From the IMG/VR virus record IMGVR_UViG_3300048996_000177, positions 1-60,625 of that record: a stretch of 60,625 nucleotides of DNA; one strand, 5' to 3'. The DNA comes from a virus. Its lineage: Duplodnaviria > Caudoviricetes. The translations under genes and the position numbers were made by a program. Below are positions 29,796 to 38,367 of the stretch, piece after piece. The notes under the pieces were generated by a model. The model saw only the letters and a list, made by a program, of their open reading frames with translations. It did no database searches and had not been told where the DNA came from. The first letter of the stretch is position 1. Each line of letters opens with the position of its first letter.

Positions 29796-30173
29796 ATGTT
29801 GGATGGAATTACGGCTGGCCAGGCAATCGGATTCGGTGTACCCGGGTCGATCATCATGGCGATTCTCGGTTGGCTGACAAAGTCGTATTTCGAAAACCGA
29901 AAGGATAAACGTGAGGATACGAAGACCGAACGTGAATCGGAATCCGGCATCGTGGAAACCACCGGCGCAACATTGCAGATCGTCCGTGGTGAGATTACGT
30001 ATTTGGCTGCCCAATTGATCGCTTTACGTACAGAGAATGAACAACAAGCGAAGCTGATCAAAAAACAAGCGGAGAAAATCGAAACATGTGCGTCAACCGA
30101 ACGGCAGTTAAATGCCCGGTTGTCCGCATTGGAAGCGGAAAACGCAACCCTGCGTCTCGGCACGGGAAGTTGA
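29796..30173 (+). CDS. Membrane protein with coiled coil (lysis module)
   Basis: N-terminal TM segment then coiled coil; GAAAGG RBS. Confidence 0.7.
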   Translation: MLDGITAGQAIGFGVPGSIIMAILGWLTKSYFENRKDKREDTKTERESESGIVETTGATLQIVRGEITYLAAQLIALRTENEQQAKLIKKQAEKIETCASTERQLNARLSALEAENATLRLGTGS

Positions 30174-30179
30174 ACCCCT

Positions 30180-31124
30180 ATGACACAACCGGAGAAAGAA
30201 TCCATCCAGAGGGTGGAAACCGCATTGGCGGACGTCGAGGTTCAAACCCGGGACCTGCCGACGCGGCATGAAGTCAATCGTGCGGTTACAGAAACCAAAC
30301 GATCAAGTCACGCGGCAATCGCCATCAGTACCGTCATCGCCATCATGGTTGCGGTGTTCGGTGTGGTGATTGGGATCCACAACGCCAGAGATAACGCGGC
30401 CATCGAGGCCCGGACGGCATTGAATGACCAATCCATTAAATCTCTCAATGATGCGAATACATTATTGCGAAATGCTGGACTGCCCCAAGTCCCCGTACCG
30501 CAGAATGGTGATGCAGTTACAACGGCAAACGCAATAGCACAAGCGGCAGCCGCGTTGGTACTCGCCGACCCCCGTTTTGCCGGATTGACGTTGGCGGATC
30601 TTCGTCGGCAGGTGGACGACTATTTCCGTGAACATCCGTTGCCGGAAGGGCAAAAGCCCACACCGGACCAAGTCATTCAAGCGGTTACTACCATATGCTC
30701 GGATGGCGCGTGCAAAGGCCGTCCCCCCACACCAGCCGAAATAGCATCGGCCGTATCGGCGTATTGTGCTAATGACGCATGCCGGGGTGAACCCGGACCC
30801 GGTCCGACCCAATCCCAGATAGACGCGTCGGTGGATCGGTATTGCGGACAGTCACCCAGTCCGTGTGCATCCACCGTTCCCGGACCACAAGGACCGCAAG
30901 GACAACAGGGTCAACCCGGGGTTGCCGGTCAACCGGGCCGTGATGCACCTCGACCCACTGGAACAGCGGGGTTCCTTACCGACCCGGAAACGGGGGATTG
31001 CCTGTATGTGGTCCCATATGATGATGGATCACAGGTCGTGGCTCGAACGCAGCCGGGGTTTTGCGAAACACCGCCGGAACCGACCACGTCCACACCCACC
31101 CCATTGCCAACGGAAGGGAATTGA
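30180..31124 (+). CDS. Membrane-anchored collagen-like protein (lysis module)
   Basis: One TM helix, three Cys-paired repeats, Gly-X-Y run GPQGPQGQQGQPG. Confidence 0.75.
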   Translation: MTQPEKESIQRVETALADVEVQTRDLPTRHEVNRAVTETKRSSHAAIAISTVIAIMVAVFGVVIGIHNARDNAAIEARTALNDQSIKSLNDANTLLRNAGLPQVPVPQNGDAVTTANAIAQAAAALVLADPRFAGLTLADLRRQVDDYFREHPLPEGQKPTPDQVIQAVTTICSDGACKGRPPTPAEIASAVSAYCANDACRGEPGPGPTQSQIDASVDRYCGQSPSPCASTVPGPQGPQGQQGQPGVAGQPGRDAPRPTGTAGFLTDPETGDCLYVVPYDDGSQVVARTQPGFCETPPEPTTSTPTPLPTEGN

Positions 31125-31126
31125 CC

Positions 31127-32008
31127 ATGAGTGAAGGTGTTGACCTTTACGGTCTGTATAACAAGGTCACGGACTGGAACAAAGTCAAGGAATCCGGGAT
31201 CGACTTCGCATGGGTGAAGTTGTCCGATGGTGAAACCAACCGTGACGATTACGGATACGTGTCGGCGGGCAATGCCCACGGGCTCGTGATGGGCGGCTAC
31301 CACTACGCGCAGCCCGGCAACGCCATTTCGCAAGCCAACCGGCTGATTGACCGATGTGAGCTGTATGGGGCCACCCAGTTGGCTCCGGCTCTGGATATCG
31401 AAACCCCGTTCGTACCGGGGCAAGATGCGATCAATTTCTCCATCCGATTTCTCAATCAGCTCATTGCCCGGGGTCACACCCCGTGCATCTATGCCAACAA
31501 TTCAATGCTGGCGGGAATCCTCCCGGCAGTACGGAAGGCCGTTCCCACGGTGAAGGTGTGGGCGGCTCGATACGGCGGCACGGTGACCGTTCCCCACGAC
31601 GTCCACCAATACACGTCAACAGGCCGCGTGAACGGGATCTCCGGGGACGTGGACCGCAACCGTGGGGACATCATCCGAAATACGCTCCGGTGGCCGCAGA
31701 AGCCCATTCAGCCGGTCGACAACGAAGATGGAGACGATATGATTCTGCCCGCAGGTGATAACATCATTCGGCAGGTTCCCGTTGATGGGAAGGAAATGCT
31801 GTTCATCGCGGTTTCCGATCAGGCGATCATTCACGATGTCGCATGCATCACGGACAACCGCGAGGACGGACAGCCGGGTTACGTCGGCATGGACCCGATC
31901 CGCGAAATCAACCCGCACGAGCCCGGCCCGATCCACATCAACCCCGGGTGCCGTGTTGCGGCGTTGCGGTACTCCTGCCCATCACCGATGACGGTATGGG
32001 TCCAGTAG
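31127..32008 (+). CDS. Endolysin, GH25 muramidase
   Basis: GVDL, FAWVKLSDG, GGYHYA, ALDIE, HQYTSTG and VDRN motifs. Confidence 0.88.
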   Translation: MSEGVDLYGLYNKVTDWNKVKESGIDFAWVKLSDGETNRDDYGYVSAGNAHGLVMGGYHYAQPGNAISQANRLIDRCELYGATQLAPALDIETPFVPGQDAINFSIRFLNQLIARGHTPCIYANNSMLAGILPAVRKAVPTVKVWAARYGGTVTVPHDVHQYTSTGRVNGISGDVDRNRGDIIRNTLRWPQKPIQPVDNEDGDDMILPAGDNIIRQVPVDGKEMLFIAVSDQAIIHDVACITDNREDGQPGYVGMDPIREINPHEPGPIHINPGCRVAALRYSCPSPMTVWVQ

Positions 32009-32029
32009 ATAATGGGAAAGGAAACGAAC

Positions 32030-32392
32030 ATGGGTAAGCTTTGGGCAGCAGTTGTCGCGACGATCGTCCAGGTAATCATCGGTGTCACGACCGATGGTGA
32101 TTTCTCCAACCTGGAAATGCTCGTCGTGCTCATCGCGTTCGTGAACGCGGTACTGGTCGGCATCGTGCCGAACCTCACGGCGGGTGTGGCCAAATACGCC
32201 AAGCTGGCATGCACGGTCGCAGCGGCGGCGTTGATTCTCGCGGTCAACCTGTGGGCGGACGGCACGTTGTCCACACAGGACTGGTTGCAGATCGGCCTGG
32301 CGATTTTGACGGCCGCCGGTGTCGTCGGGTTCCCGTCCCCGCAGTATTCCACACGCCCGGTTGTCGTGCCGGTGCGATCGGTCGACGCATAA
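32030..32392 (+). CDS. Holin
   Basis: About four hydrophobic segments, directly after the lysin. Confidence 0.75.
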   Translation: MGKLWAAVVATIVQVIIGVTTDGDFSNLEMLVVLIAFVNAVLVGIVPNLTAGVAKYAKLACTVAAAALILAVNLWADGTLSTQDWLQIGLAILTAAGVVGFPSPQYSTRPVVVPVRSVDA

Positions 32393-32617
32393 TCTGACGC
32401 ACCAATTTATCGTTTGCACGGGCAAATTGTTTTTATCTGATGTATTGATAAATTGGTGCGGTTGTGTGTACGATTGTAAGCATCCGGCCCTACCGGTATG
32501 CGGGCCTGCCTACACTCGTCCCCCCATATATAACCCTATGTATCGTGGGGTAGGCGTTTCCGATTGATGTGATACCCATGTTACACCTTTTGTGTGTCAC
32601 ACCCCCACGTAGGCATC

Positions 32618-32677
32618 AAAAAATGATCCCCCCGGCTACGTCCCATTTTTACGGGAAAAGTCGGGGGGATTTTTTTG
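32618..32677. terminator. Bidirectional-looking intrinsic terminator after the late operon
   Basis: A-run, ATCCCCCCGGCT...AGTCGGGGGGAT stem, T-run. Confidence 0.7.
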
Positions 32678-32705
32678 TAGACATCCGTGGGAGACGATTT
32701 ACATT
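32678..32705 (+). promoter_or_regulatory. Promoter for a leaderless gene
   Basis: TAGACA, 16 bp, TACATT, 6 bp, ATG 32712. Confidence 0.55.
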
Positions 32706-32711
32706 AGGGGA

Positions 32712-32921
32712 ATGCCAAACAGAACAGGTACCCGCCACGAAATCAAAACGGCCAAAAGAGAAGAAGCCAAAGAGCGACAAGAAATGAGTTCGTACATCAC
32801 CGCGTCACGGGCTCGTGCCCGATTCGTTGAACTGGGGCAGCGGTCCGAATTCACCACCAATCAGTGGATGTCCGATTCGTTCATCAACCAAACCTGGAAA
32901 ACCTTCGTCAAATCGCTGTAA
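32712..32921 (+). CDS. Hypothetical protein
   Basis: 69-aa ORF directly behind the promoter. Confidence 0.55.
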   Translation: MPNRTGTRHEIKTAKREEAKERQEMSSYITASRARARFVELGQRSEFTTNQWMSDSFINQTWKTFVKSL

Positions 32922-32991
32922 ACTCACGCTTTTGACGTTGGCTGACGAACAGCCGTACGTTCCGCTGACCACACCAACTTGGAAGGGAAAC

Positions 32992-33546
32992 ATGACCATG
33001 CGACGCATCGCGACCGGGTTCGCCATCATCGTGGCGATGATGTCATTCGGGGGTGTGGCGTATGCACAGGAATCCACAACCCCACCCACGACGATCGAAA
33101 CGACCACCCCGTCTGCCGAACAACCCACCACCACACCGGTGCCTACGACCGAAACCCCGGACGCGGGTGTGGAATCCTCGACGAACCCGGCCACCATCGA
33201 ACCCCGGGGAACCACACGGGCGGTCACGATCGCGCCGCCGGTGGAAACCCCCGTGGTCACATCCACAACGTCTGTGACGGCCGCCCAACGATCCACGGCC
33301 GTGGTGGCGCCGGTCGCGGTCACGGGGTCAACCACGTCCACCACATATGACGAGTTTGTGGCCACCCCGCACAATGTGATGCCGATGGGTGTGGTAAACC
33401 GGTCGTTGGACGCGCCAACGGGTTTTGTCGGCGTGCTGGCCAAACCATGGGTGGGATGGGGTTTGGGCATGTCCATTCTCGTATTCTTCATTGGACTGGG
33501 AATGGTCTTATTCAATTGGCGGGGGACCGGCTCAACTCACGATTGA
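32992..33546 (+). CDS. Secreted, membrane-anchored Thr/Pro-rich protein
   Basis: Signal peptide ending AYA-Q, T/P-rich stalk, C-terminal TM helix. Confidence 0.75.
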   Translation: MTMRRIATGFAIIVAMMSFGGVAYAQESTTPPTTIETTTPSAEQPTTTPVPTTETPDAGVESSTNPATIEPRGTTRAVTIAPPVETPVVTSTTSVTAAQRSTAVVAPVAVTGSTTSTTYDEFVATPHNVMPMGVVNRSLDAPTGFVGVLAKPWVGWGLGMSILVFFIGLGMVLFNWRGTGSTHD

Positions 33547-33572
33547 CACAAAATGATCAGCCCGTATATGTT
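33543..33572 (+). promoter_or_regulatory. sigmaA-like promoter
   Basis: TTGACA, 18 bp, TATGTT. Confidence 0.6.
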
Positions 33573-33627
33573 GGACTGGACCTTGAATGAACCTCCGTCC
33601 ACAATGCACCGAAGAATGGAAAATCCG

Positions 33628-34419
33628 ATGGCACCGAAGAAGACCAAGAAGGTCGCCCCGAAGAAGACCAAGCCGGTCAACGACGAAATCGACGACCTGG
33701 AACTGGACGACATCGAGGTCGACGAACCGGCCGAAGAGGAACCGAAGCCCAAGCCCCGCAAAAAGAAGGCGGCCAAGGCGAAGGCACCGGAGCCGGTCGA
33801 CGAGGACGACGATGACGCGGAGGACGAGGATGACGAACCCGCCCCCGTGAAGAAGACCACGCGGAAGTCGGCCACGAAGTCCAAGGGCCGCAAGGCGAAG
33901 GTCGTCGAACCGGACGAGGACGATGAGTCCGAAGAGGACGATGACGAAGCGGAGGAAGAAGCCCCCGCCAAGAAGTCGAAGAAGTCCGCCGCGAAGAAGA
34001 CCCCGCCGAAGCGTGAGGCGATCGAATTCGGAACGGCGTGGCTGGTCGCGCTGGTCGCGGAAAAGACCGGAAAGCCGTACACCGCATTCGATCTGCGGGC
34101 GTTGCTCCGCAAGCTCGCCAAGGCGGGCAAGATCGACCGTGTCGTGGGTGAGGATCGGGCACGGTACGAATTCACCGGGCCGAAGGATCCCATCGTCAAG
34201 ATGATCGTCGACATGGTGAAGAACGGCGACGTCGAAAAGGGCAAGAAGGAAGCCATCGACAAGCTGAAGACATCGGCGGCCAAGAAGAAGAAGGCGAAGG
34301 ACGACGACGAACCTCCGGCGGCCAAGTCGAAGAAGTCCAAGAAGGCCAAGCCGGAGCCCGAGCCGGAAGAGGATGACGAGGAAGTCGACGACGAGGATTT
34401 CGACGACCTCGACGACTAA
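33628..34419 (+). CDS. K/D/E-rich protein with a central HTH-like domain (possible nucleoid-associated protein)
   Basis: Alternating PAKK-rich and acidic blocks around the globular core FGTAWLV...LRALLRKL...RARYEF. Confidence 0.8.
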   Translation: MAPKKTKKVAPKKTKPVNDEIDDLELDDIEVDEPAEEEPKPKPRKKKAAKAKAPEPVDEDDDDAEDEDDEPAPVKKTTRKSATKSKGRKAKVVEPDEDDESEEDDDEAEEEAPAKKSKKSAAKKTPPKREAIEFGTAWLVALVAEKTGKPYTAFDLRALLRKLAKAGKIDRVVGEDRARYEFTGPKDPIVKMIVDMVKNGDVEKGKKEAIDKLKTSAAKKKKAKDDDEPPAAKSKKSKKAKPEPEPEEDDEEVDDEDFDDLDD

Positions 34420-34420
34420 C

Positions 34421-34493
34421 TTCTGTATGACGTAAAACATCGATCCGTCATACAGAATCGGAAAGGGTCATCCATTCGTGGGTGGCCCTTTTC
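34421..34493 (+). terminator. Tandem hairpins: perfect 12-bp inverted repeat, then a UUCG-loop terminator
   Basis: TTCTGTATGACG/CGTCATACAGAA (34421-34457); AAAGGGTCATCCA-TTCG-TGGGTGGCCCTTT (34462-34491). Confidence 0.7.
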
Positions 34494-34516
34494 GTCAGTC
34501 GTGGGACAATAGACGT

Positions 34517-34960
34517 ATGACTGATGATAAAGAAATCATGAAGGAATTGTCGGAACTCCGGGAATGGCGACGTGTGCTGCCCAACACCGCGTCCACACCG
34601 AAGGAAATGAACAATCGGCTGCGTCAACTCGCGGATGAATCTCTGGCCGCACAACGGCGAATCAACGGGTTGGTTGCGGACAACGAAACGCTCCGTACGC
34701 GTCTGAATGACATGACGGGCCGGGTTCGGTTGGCGGAATCCCGGGTGGGGGATTTGTGCCGTCAGATTGACGTACAGGTCGAGCAACGGCAATGGTGGTC
34801 CGGGGTGGCCCGTGCGTATGCGCGCAAACAGACCGTGACGCGGATCGTTGCCCGGGTGTTGGGTGGCGCAGCATCGACGCGGCAACGGCGAATCACCGAC
34901 CTGCAACGCACGATCGACGCGTTGATCCCAGACGATGTGACGAAGGCCACAGACGGTTGA
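34517..34960 (+). CDS. Coiled-coil hypothetical protein
   Basis: GACAAT, 6 bp, ATG; heptad pattern. Confidence 0.65.
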   Translation: MTDDKEIMKELSELREWRRVLPNTASTPKEMNNRLRQLADESLAAQRRINGLVADNETLRTRLNDMTGRVRLAESRVGDLCRQIDVQVEQRQWWSGVARAYARKQTVTRIVARVLGGAASTRQRRITDLQRTIDALIPDDVTKATDG

Positions 34961-34999
34961 GGTTGACACGGCCTGCCGTCCTAATGGAAGGTAGGTCCC

Positions 35000-35263
35000 A
35001 TGACACACCGACTCGCACAACTAACGTTCATGGTCCTCGCCATTGGCTTCATCATGGCGAAACCGCTTCCGTTGATCCAGATGGTGTCCGGGGCGGTCAC
35101 GCCCAACGGGGGGATCCCGGTGTCCGGCCAATTCAACGCGGCAGACATGATCATGGCGGGGGTGTGGATCGTCGCCACGTACGCCGCGTTCATGTGGATG
35201 TGGTTCGCCAACCGGGCGCGCAACCGTCGGATCCGCCGTCAGGCGACCGTTACCAAGGCGTGA
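35000..35263 (+). CDS. Membrane protein (2 TM)
   Basis: Two hydrophobic segments, basic tail; TTGACA at 34963. Confidence 0.65.
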   Translation: MTHRLAQLTFMVLAIGFIMAKPLPLIQMVSGAVTPNGGIPVSGQFNAADMIMAGVWIVATYAAFMWMWFANRARNRRIRRQATVTKA

Positions 35264-35275
35264 CCGACGAAACCT

Positions 35276-35304
35276 TTGACAACACCTACCCCCAGGGATA
35301 TATT
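35276..35304 (+). promoter_or_regulatory. Near-consensus promoter for a leaderless gene
   Basis: TTGACA, 17 bp, TATATT, 6 bp, ATG 35311. Confidence 0.75.
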
Positions 35305-35310
35305 CGTCTT

Positions 35311-35550
35311 ATGGAAAACAACGTGAACGCCACCAACGCCCGCCGCCCCCGCCGCATGACCGGCACCGACCACGGTCGTCGTTACAACATGGTTCAAATC
35401 GAAAACGTCGTCACCGGCGCGAACATGGGCCACCGGACGTTCGACCGGATCGAAACCGTTCCGGGCAACGACAACGTGTGGGACGTCGTGTATGGCGACG
35501 GCATCCGGTACACCGAAACCCGTGGCGCATGGGTCCGCATTTACGCCTGA
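35311..35550 (+). CDS. Hypothetical early protein
   Basis: ATG sits at the predicted transcription start. Confidence 0.7.
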   Translation: MENNVNATNARRPRRMTGTDHGRRYNMVQIENVVTGANMGHRTFDRIETVPGNDNVWDVVYGDGIRYTETRGAWVRIYA

Positions 35551-35583
35551 CGCACGATCGTTACAAAACCTGGGGTCAAAAAC

Positions 35584-35613
35584 CTGACGAAACGCCTGAC
35601 GGACGGGTAGGGT
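35584..35613 (+). promoter_or_regulatory. Promoter (CTGACG-N18-TAGGGT), leaderless
   Basis: ATG 35620 lies 6 bp after the -10; the same AAAAACCTGACG...GGGTAGGGT occurs at 38292-38327. Confidence 0.65.
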
Positions 35614-35619
35614 AGGCAT

Positions 35620-36093
35620 ATGACGAACGCACGGATCAACCACACGGGCCACAACCACCCCGCGACCCCGGCCGGTCGGGCCGCATGCCGGGCACACGTG
35701 GCGACATTCGCACCGACGCCCGATCACAATCCCATCGAATGGGCGTTGGACCGGGTTGTGTCGCGAAACCTGGATGAACCTACCGTTGCGGGTCGCCCGT
35801 TGACCACCGTCGATGAAATCCTGGACCAATTGGTTGGGTTGGACGCGTCCACATCCACCGGGTATGCGGTCACCGAATTGGCCACCCCGGGCCGCGATTA
35901 CATCGGCCGGAATTGCAAAACGGGTGTTCGGGTGTCGGTGCGGTTGGCGGATTCCGCCGGATGGACGATCGCGACGTTGGCCAACGCATCCGACGTGGAC
36001 GTCGCCCGGTGGGGTGTGGTGACCCCGGACCACGTGTTGGTTCGCACCGCGAATGGAAACCTGTTCGAGGTTTCCCCGGACCGGATCCGGTGA
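35620..36093 (+). CDS. Hypothetical early protein with N-terminal His/Cys module
   Basis: HTGHNHPATPAGRAACR. Confidence 0.7.
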   Translation: MTNARINHTGHNHPATPAGRAACRAHVATFAPTPDHNPIEWALDRVVSRNLDEPTVAGRPLTTVDEILDQLVGLDASTSTGYAVTELATPGRDYIGRNCKTGVRVSVRLADSAGWTIATLANASDVDVARWGVVTPDHVLVRTANGNLFEVSPDRIR

Positions 36094-36195
36094 TCGTCGC
36101 GTACGGGATCCCGTGGTTGACCATCGCCGGGTTCGCCGTCGTATTCCTCATCGGTTTGTTGACCACATTCACCCGCACGGATTGGAAAATCTGAC

Positions 36196-36474
36196 ATGAC
36201 ATCGACCGTCACCATCCCCCCGGCAACCACGTCCGCAAAACTGTCGCCCATCATGACAAAACTGTTGCGGCACATCGTCATCGCGACCCCCCTCCCGGAA
36301 ACGGCATTGCCCGCCGGTGTACACCTGAACACCATGGATTGGTCGTCCAAAACCATCAACGCGTTGGTGCGACGGGGATTCATCATCGTGTTGGGCCGCG
36401 CGGAATGGGGTGCCATCGTTGTCGACGTGACCGAATCTGGCATCGAATGGGTGGTTGAAAACCTGGCCGATTGA
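36196..36474 (+). CDS. Hypothetical protein (winged-helix-like)
   Basis: 'TINALVRRGFI...VTESGIEWV' resembles a wHTH recognition helix and wing. Confidence 0.6.
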   Translation: MTSTVTIPPATTSAKLSPIMTKLLRHIVIATPLPETALPAGVHLNTMDWSSKTINALVRRGFIIVLGRAEWGAIVVDVTESGIEWVVENLAD

Positions 36475-36556
36475 CCGATGTTTTGCCGGGTGGCGGTGAT
36501 GTGATACCGTCATCCGGCATTTCGTTAATACCACACAAAACTGGGAAGGTTTTGGT

Positions 36557-36982
36557 ATGAACACATCTGATGTTGCCGAACGCTTGAACACCACACCGAA
36601 AACCCTGCGACGATTCCTCCGTGGCGATGCCACGTACGCGAACGCGGGATCTGGCGGAAAATACGATTTCCAGGAATGCGACATGCCGACCCTGGCCAAA
36701 CGGTTCGGCAAATGGTCGTCGAAATCTCGCACCACCCCGGAAAAATCGGCCGACGTGTCCACACCGCGCCGTGTCCGGGAGGTTCGTGATTCTGTGGATG
36801 ACGCGGTGAACGTTCACGTCGTCCGCACGGCCGATCCTCGCACACGGGCCCAAATCCGAAAGCTCGCGGCGGAACGTGATCAACATCTGCGGCAATTGAT
36901 GATCGATGCGGGTCTGCACATTTCCCAAACCGGTGTCGCCAAGAAAAACAACCCCCGTTCCTACGCGAAGGTGGATGCGTGA
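36557..36982 (+). CDS. HTH DNA-binding protein
   Basis: MNTSDVAERLNTTPKTLRRFLR...GSGGKYDF. Confidence 0.75.
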   Translation: MNTSDVAERLNTTPKTLRRFLRGDATYANAGSGGKYDFQECDMPTLAKRFGKWSSKSRTTPEKSADVSTPRRVREVRDSVDDAVNVHVVRTADPRTRAQIRKLAAERDQHLRQLMIDAGLHISQTGVAKKNNPRSYAKVDA

Positions 36983-37488
36983 TGGCTATGCTCATTTCCT
37001 GGGGAATCGTATTCCTCATCATCGCGGCCATCTATACGGACAATATCGTGTGGGCGGTTCGTGATCTGTTCGGCGGGTTGGCAAATGTGCGTATGCCGTT
37101 CCTGGCGGTGTTCGACCAAATCCCGGTAATTCTCCGCGCGTTCGCCAACCTGGTATATGTCGTGGGGGTGTGGATATGGGCCCACATTCTGGACGCGTAC
37201 ATGATGGCCGTGGGCGGCTGGGTGGCCCGGTGGCTGGATTATGGTGAGGAGGGCCGCCGCCACCGGCGCCGGAATGGGGATGATGTCGTCACGGTGGCGT
37301 ACCTATTGACCGGGTTGGACCGGGAACACCCTTATATCGTGCCGACGCGGCATTCGGCGGACCGGTCGGTGGAGGATGACGCGGAGGGGGACATATCGCG
37401 ATGGAATGGGGCTGACGACGAATTCGCGGAATTACTCCACGATATGAACCTTGCGGGTGTGGGCGCTCATGGCGACGCATCCCTGTAA
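36979..37488 (+). CDS. Membrane protein
   Basis: Hydrophobic N-terminal half; GTGA overlap. Confidence 0.6.
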   Translation: MMAMLISWGIVFLIIAAIYTDNIVWAVRDLFGGLANVRMPFLAVFDQIPVILRAFANLVYVVGVWIWAHILDAYMMAVGGWVARWLDYGEEGRRHRRRNGDDVVTVAYLLTGLDREHPYIVPTRHSADRSVEDDAEGDISRWNGADDEFAELLHDMNLAGVGAHGDASL

Positions 37489-37798
37489 AACCTGCGGGCA
37501 ATGCCGCGCCAAAATGGGGTCTGACGAATGCTCCGTATGTTTTCTGATCCGGGTATTGGCCCAAGAACACGCGGATGGTGAACATACACGGCCGAACGCG
37601 TCCTGTATGGACTGTACACGCGTTGCCGACGCCATCGAGGCCCAACGACCCAAACGCCCGACGCGAAGGCGGCAGATTCGCGCACAGACGGGGAAACCGG
37701 GCAACCGGGCGAACCCGTTGGACCACTCCCAATGTGATCATGAGAAATCACCGAAAGCTCGTGCGGCGTGTCGGAAGGCGAATGCATCGTCCGTCTGA
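37469..37798 (+). CDS. Cys-rich hypothetical protein with C-terminal His/Cys module
   Basis: Three CxxC pairs; HSQCDHEKSPKARAACR. Confidence 0.65.
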   Translation: MATHPCKTCGQCRAKMGSDECSVCFLIRVLAQEHADGEHTRPNASCMDCTRVADAIEAQRPKRPTRRRQIRAQTGKPGNRANPLDHSQCDHEKSPKARAACRKANASSV

Positions 37799-37846
37799 TA
37801 TGATTCGTGGGGTACGGATCGAACAAACCGGAAGGTGTTCAACGAA

Positions 37847-38080
37847 ATGCGAAAACTGGGAATCATCATTGCGGCGGTTGCCCTGACGTTCGGGGCGGCG
37901 GCGTGTGACAACAACGACGGAAACGTCTATTCGAAAACGCTTGTCAAGTCATCCGGCAACGTCGTGATCAAGGTGCACGTCGGTACCGCACCGGACCGGT
38001 ACAAGGAATTCACGCACACGGCCCGTGAAGCGGCCAAATGCGACGTCGGTTCCGCGTACCCCGCATGCCTGACCAAATAA
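37847..38080 (+). CDS. Small lipoprotein
   Basis: MRKLGIIIAAVALTFGAAA-C lipobox-like signal. Confidence 0.7.
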   Translation: MRKLGIIIAAVALTFGAAACDNNDGNVYSKTLVKSSGNVVIKVHVGTAPDRYKEFTHTAREAAKCDVGSAYPACLTK

Positions 38081-38297
38081 TTGGGTTGATCCCGGTCGGG
38101 TGACGGCCGGGTTCCCCATGCACGGAGGGCCCCCATTCGATTACATCGGGTGGGGGTCTGTGCCAGTCGTTAGACGGATGCCGCCCATACGCAGGTGTGG
38201 ACCGGTTGACCATACCTAGGGTTCAGCTCCCGATAACGCTGTCACACAACGCCAGCTAAGGCGTTACCAACCTGTGAGAAGATTTCTTCGAAAAAAC

Positions 38298-38327
38298 CTG
38301 ACGTATGACAGATCCGGAGGGTAGGGT
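38298..38327 (+). promoter_or_regulatory. Promoter (CTGACG-N18-TAGGGT)
   Basis: Second copy of the promoter class seen at 35584. Confidence 0.6.
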
Positions 38328-38367
38328 TGTGTCAACACCGCAACAACGACCCGAACGGACGGCCATC

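Noticed and set aside
33532-34440. Long antisense Ser-rich and Leu/Arg-rich ORFs (also 52892-53950, 15183-16871, 14030-15259)
   Set aside because: They are shadows of GC-rich or low-complexity sense genes; the scarcity of CTA/TTA on the sense strand removes antisense stops.
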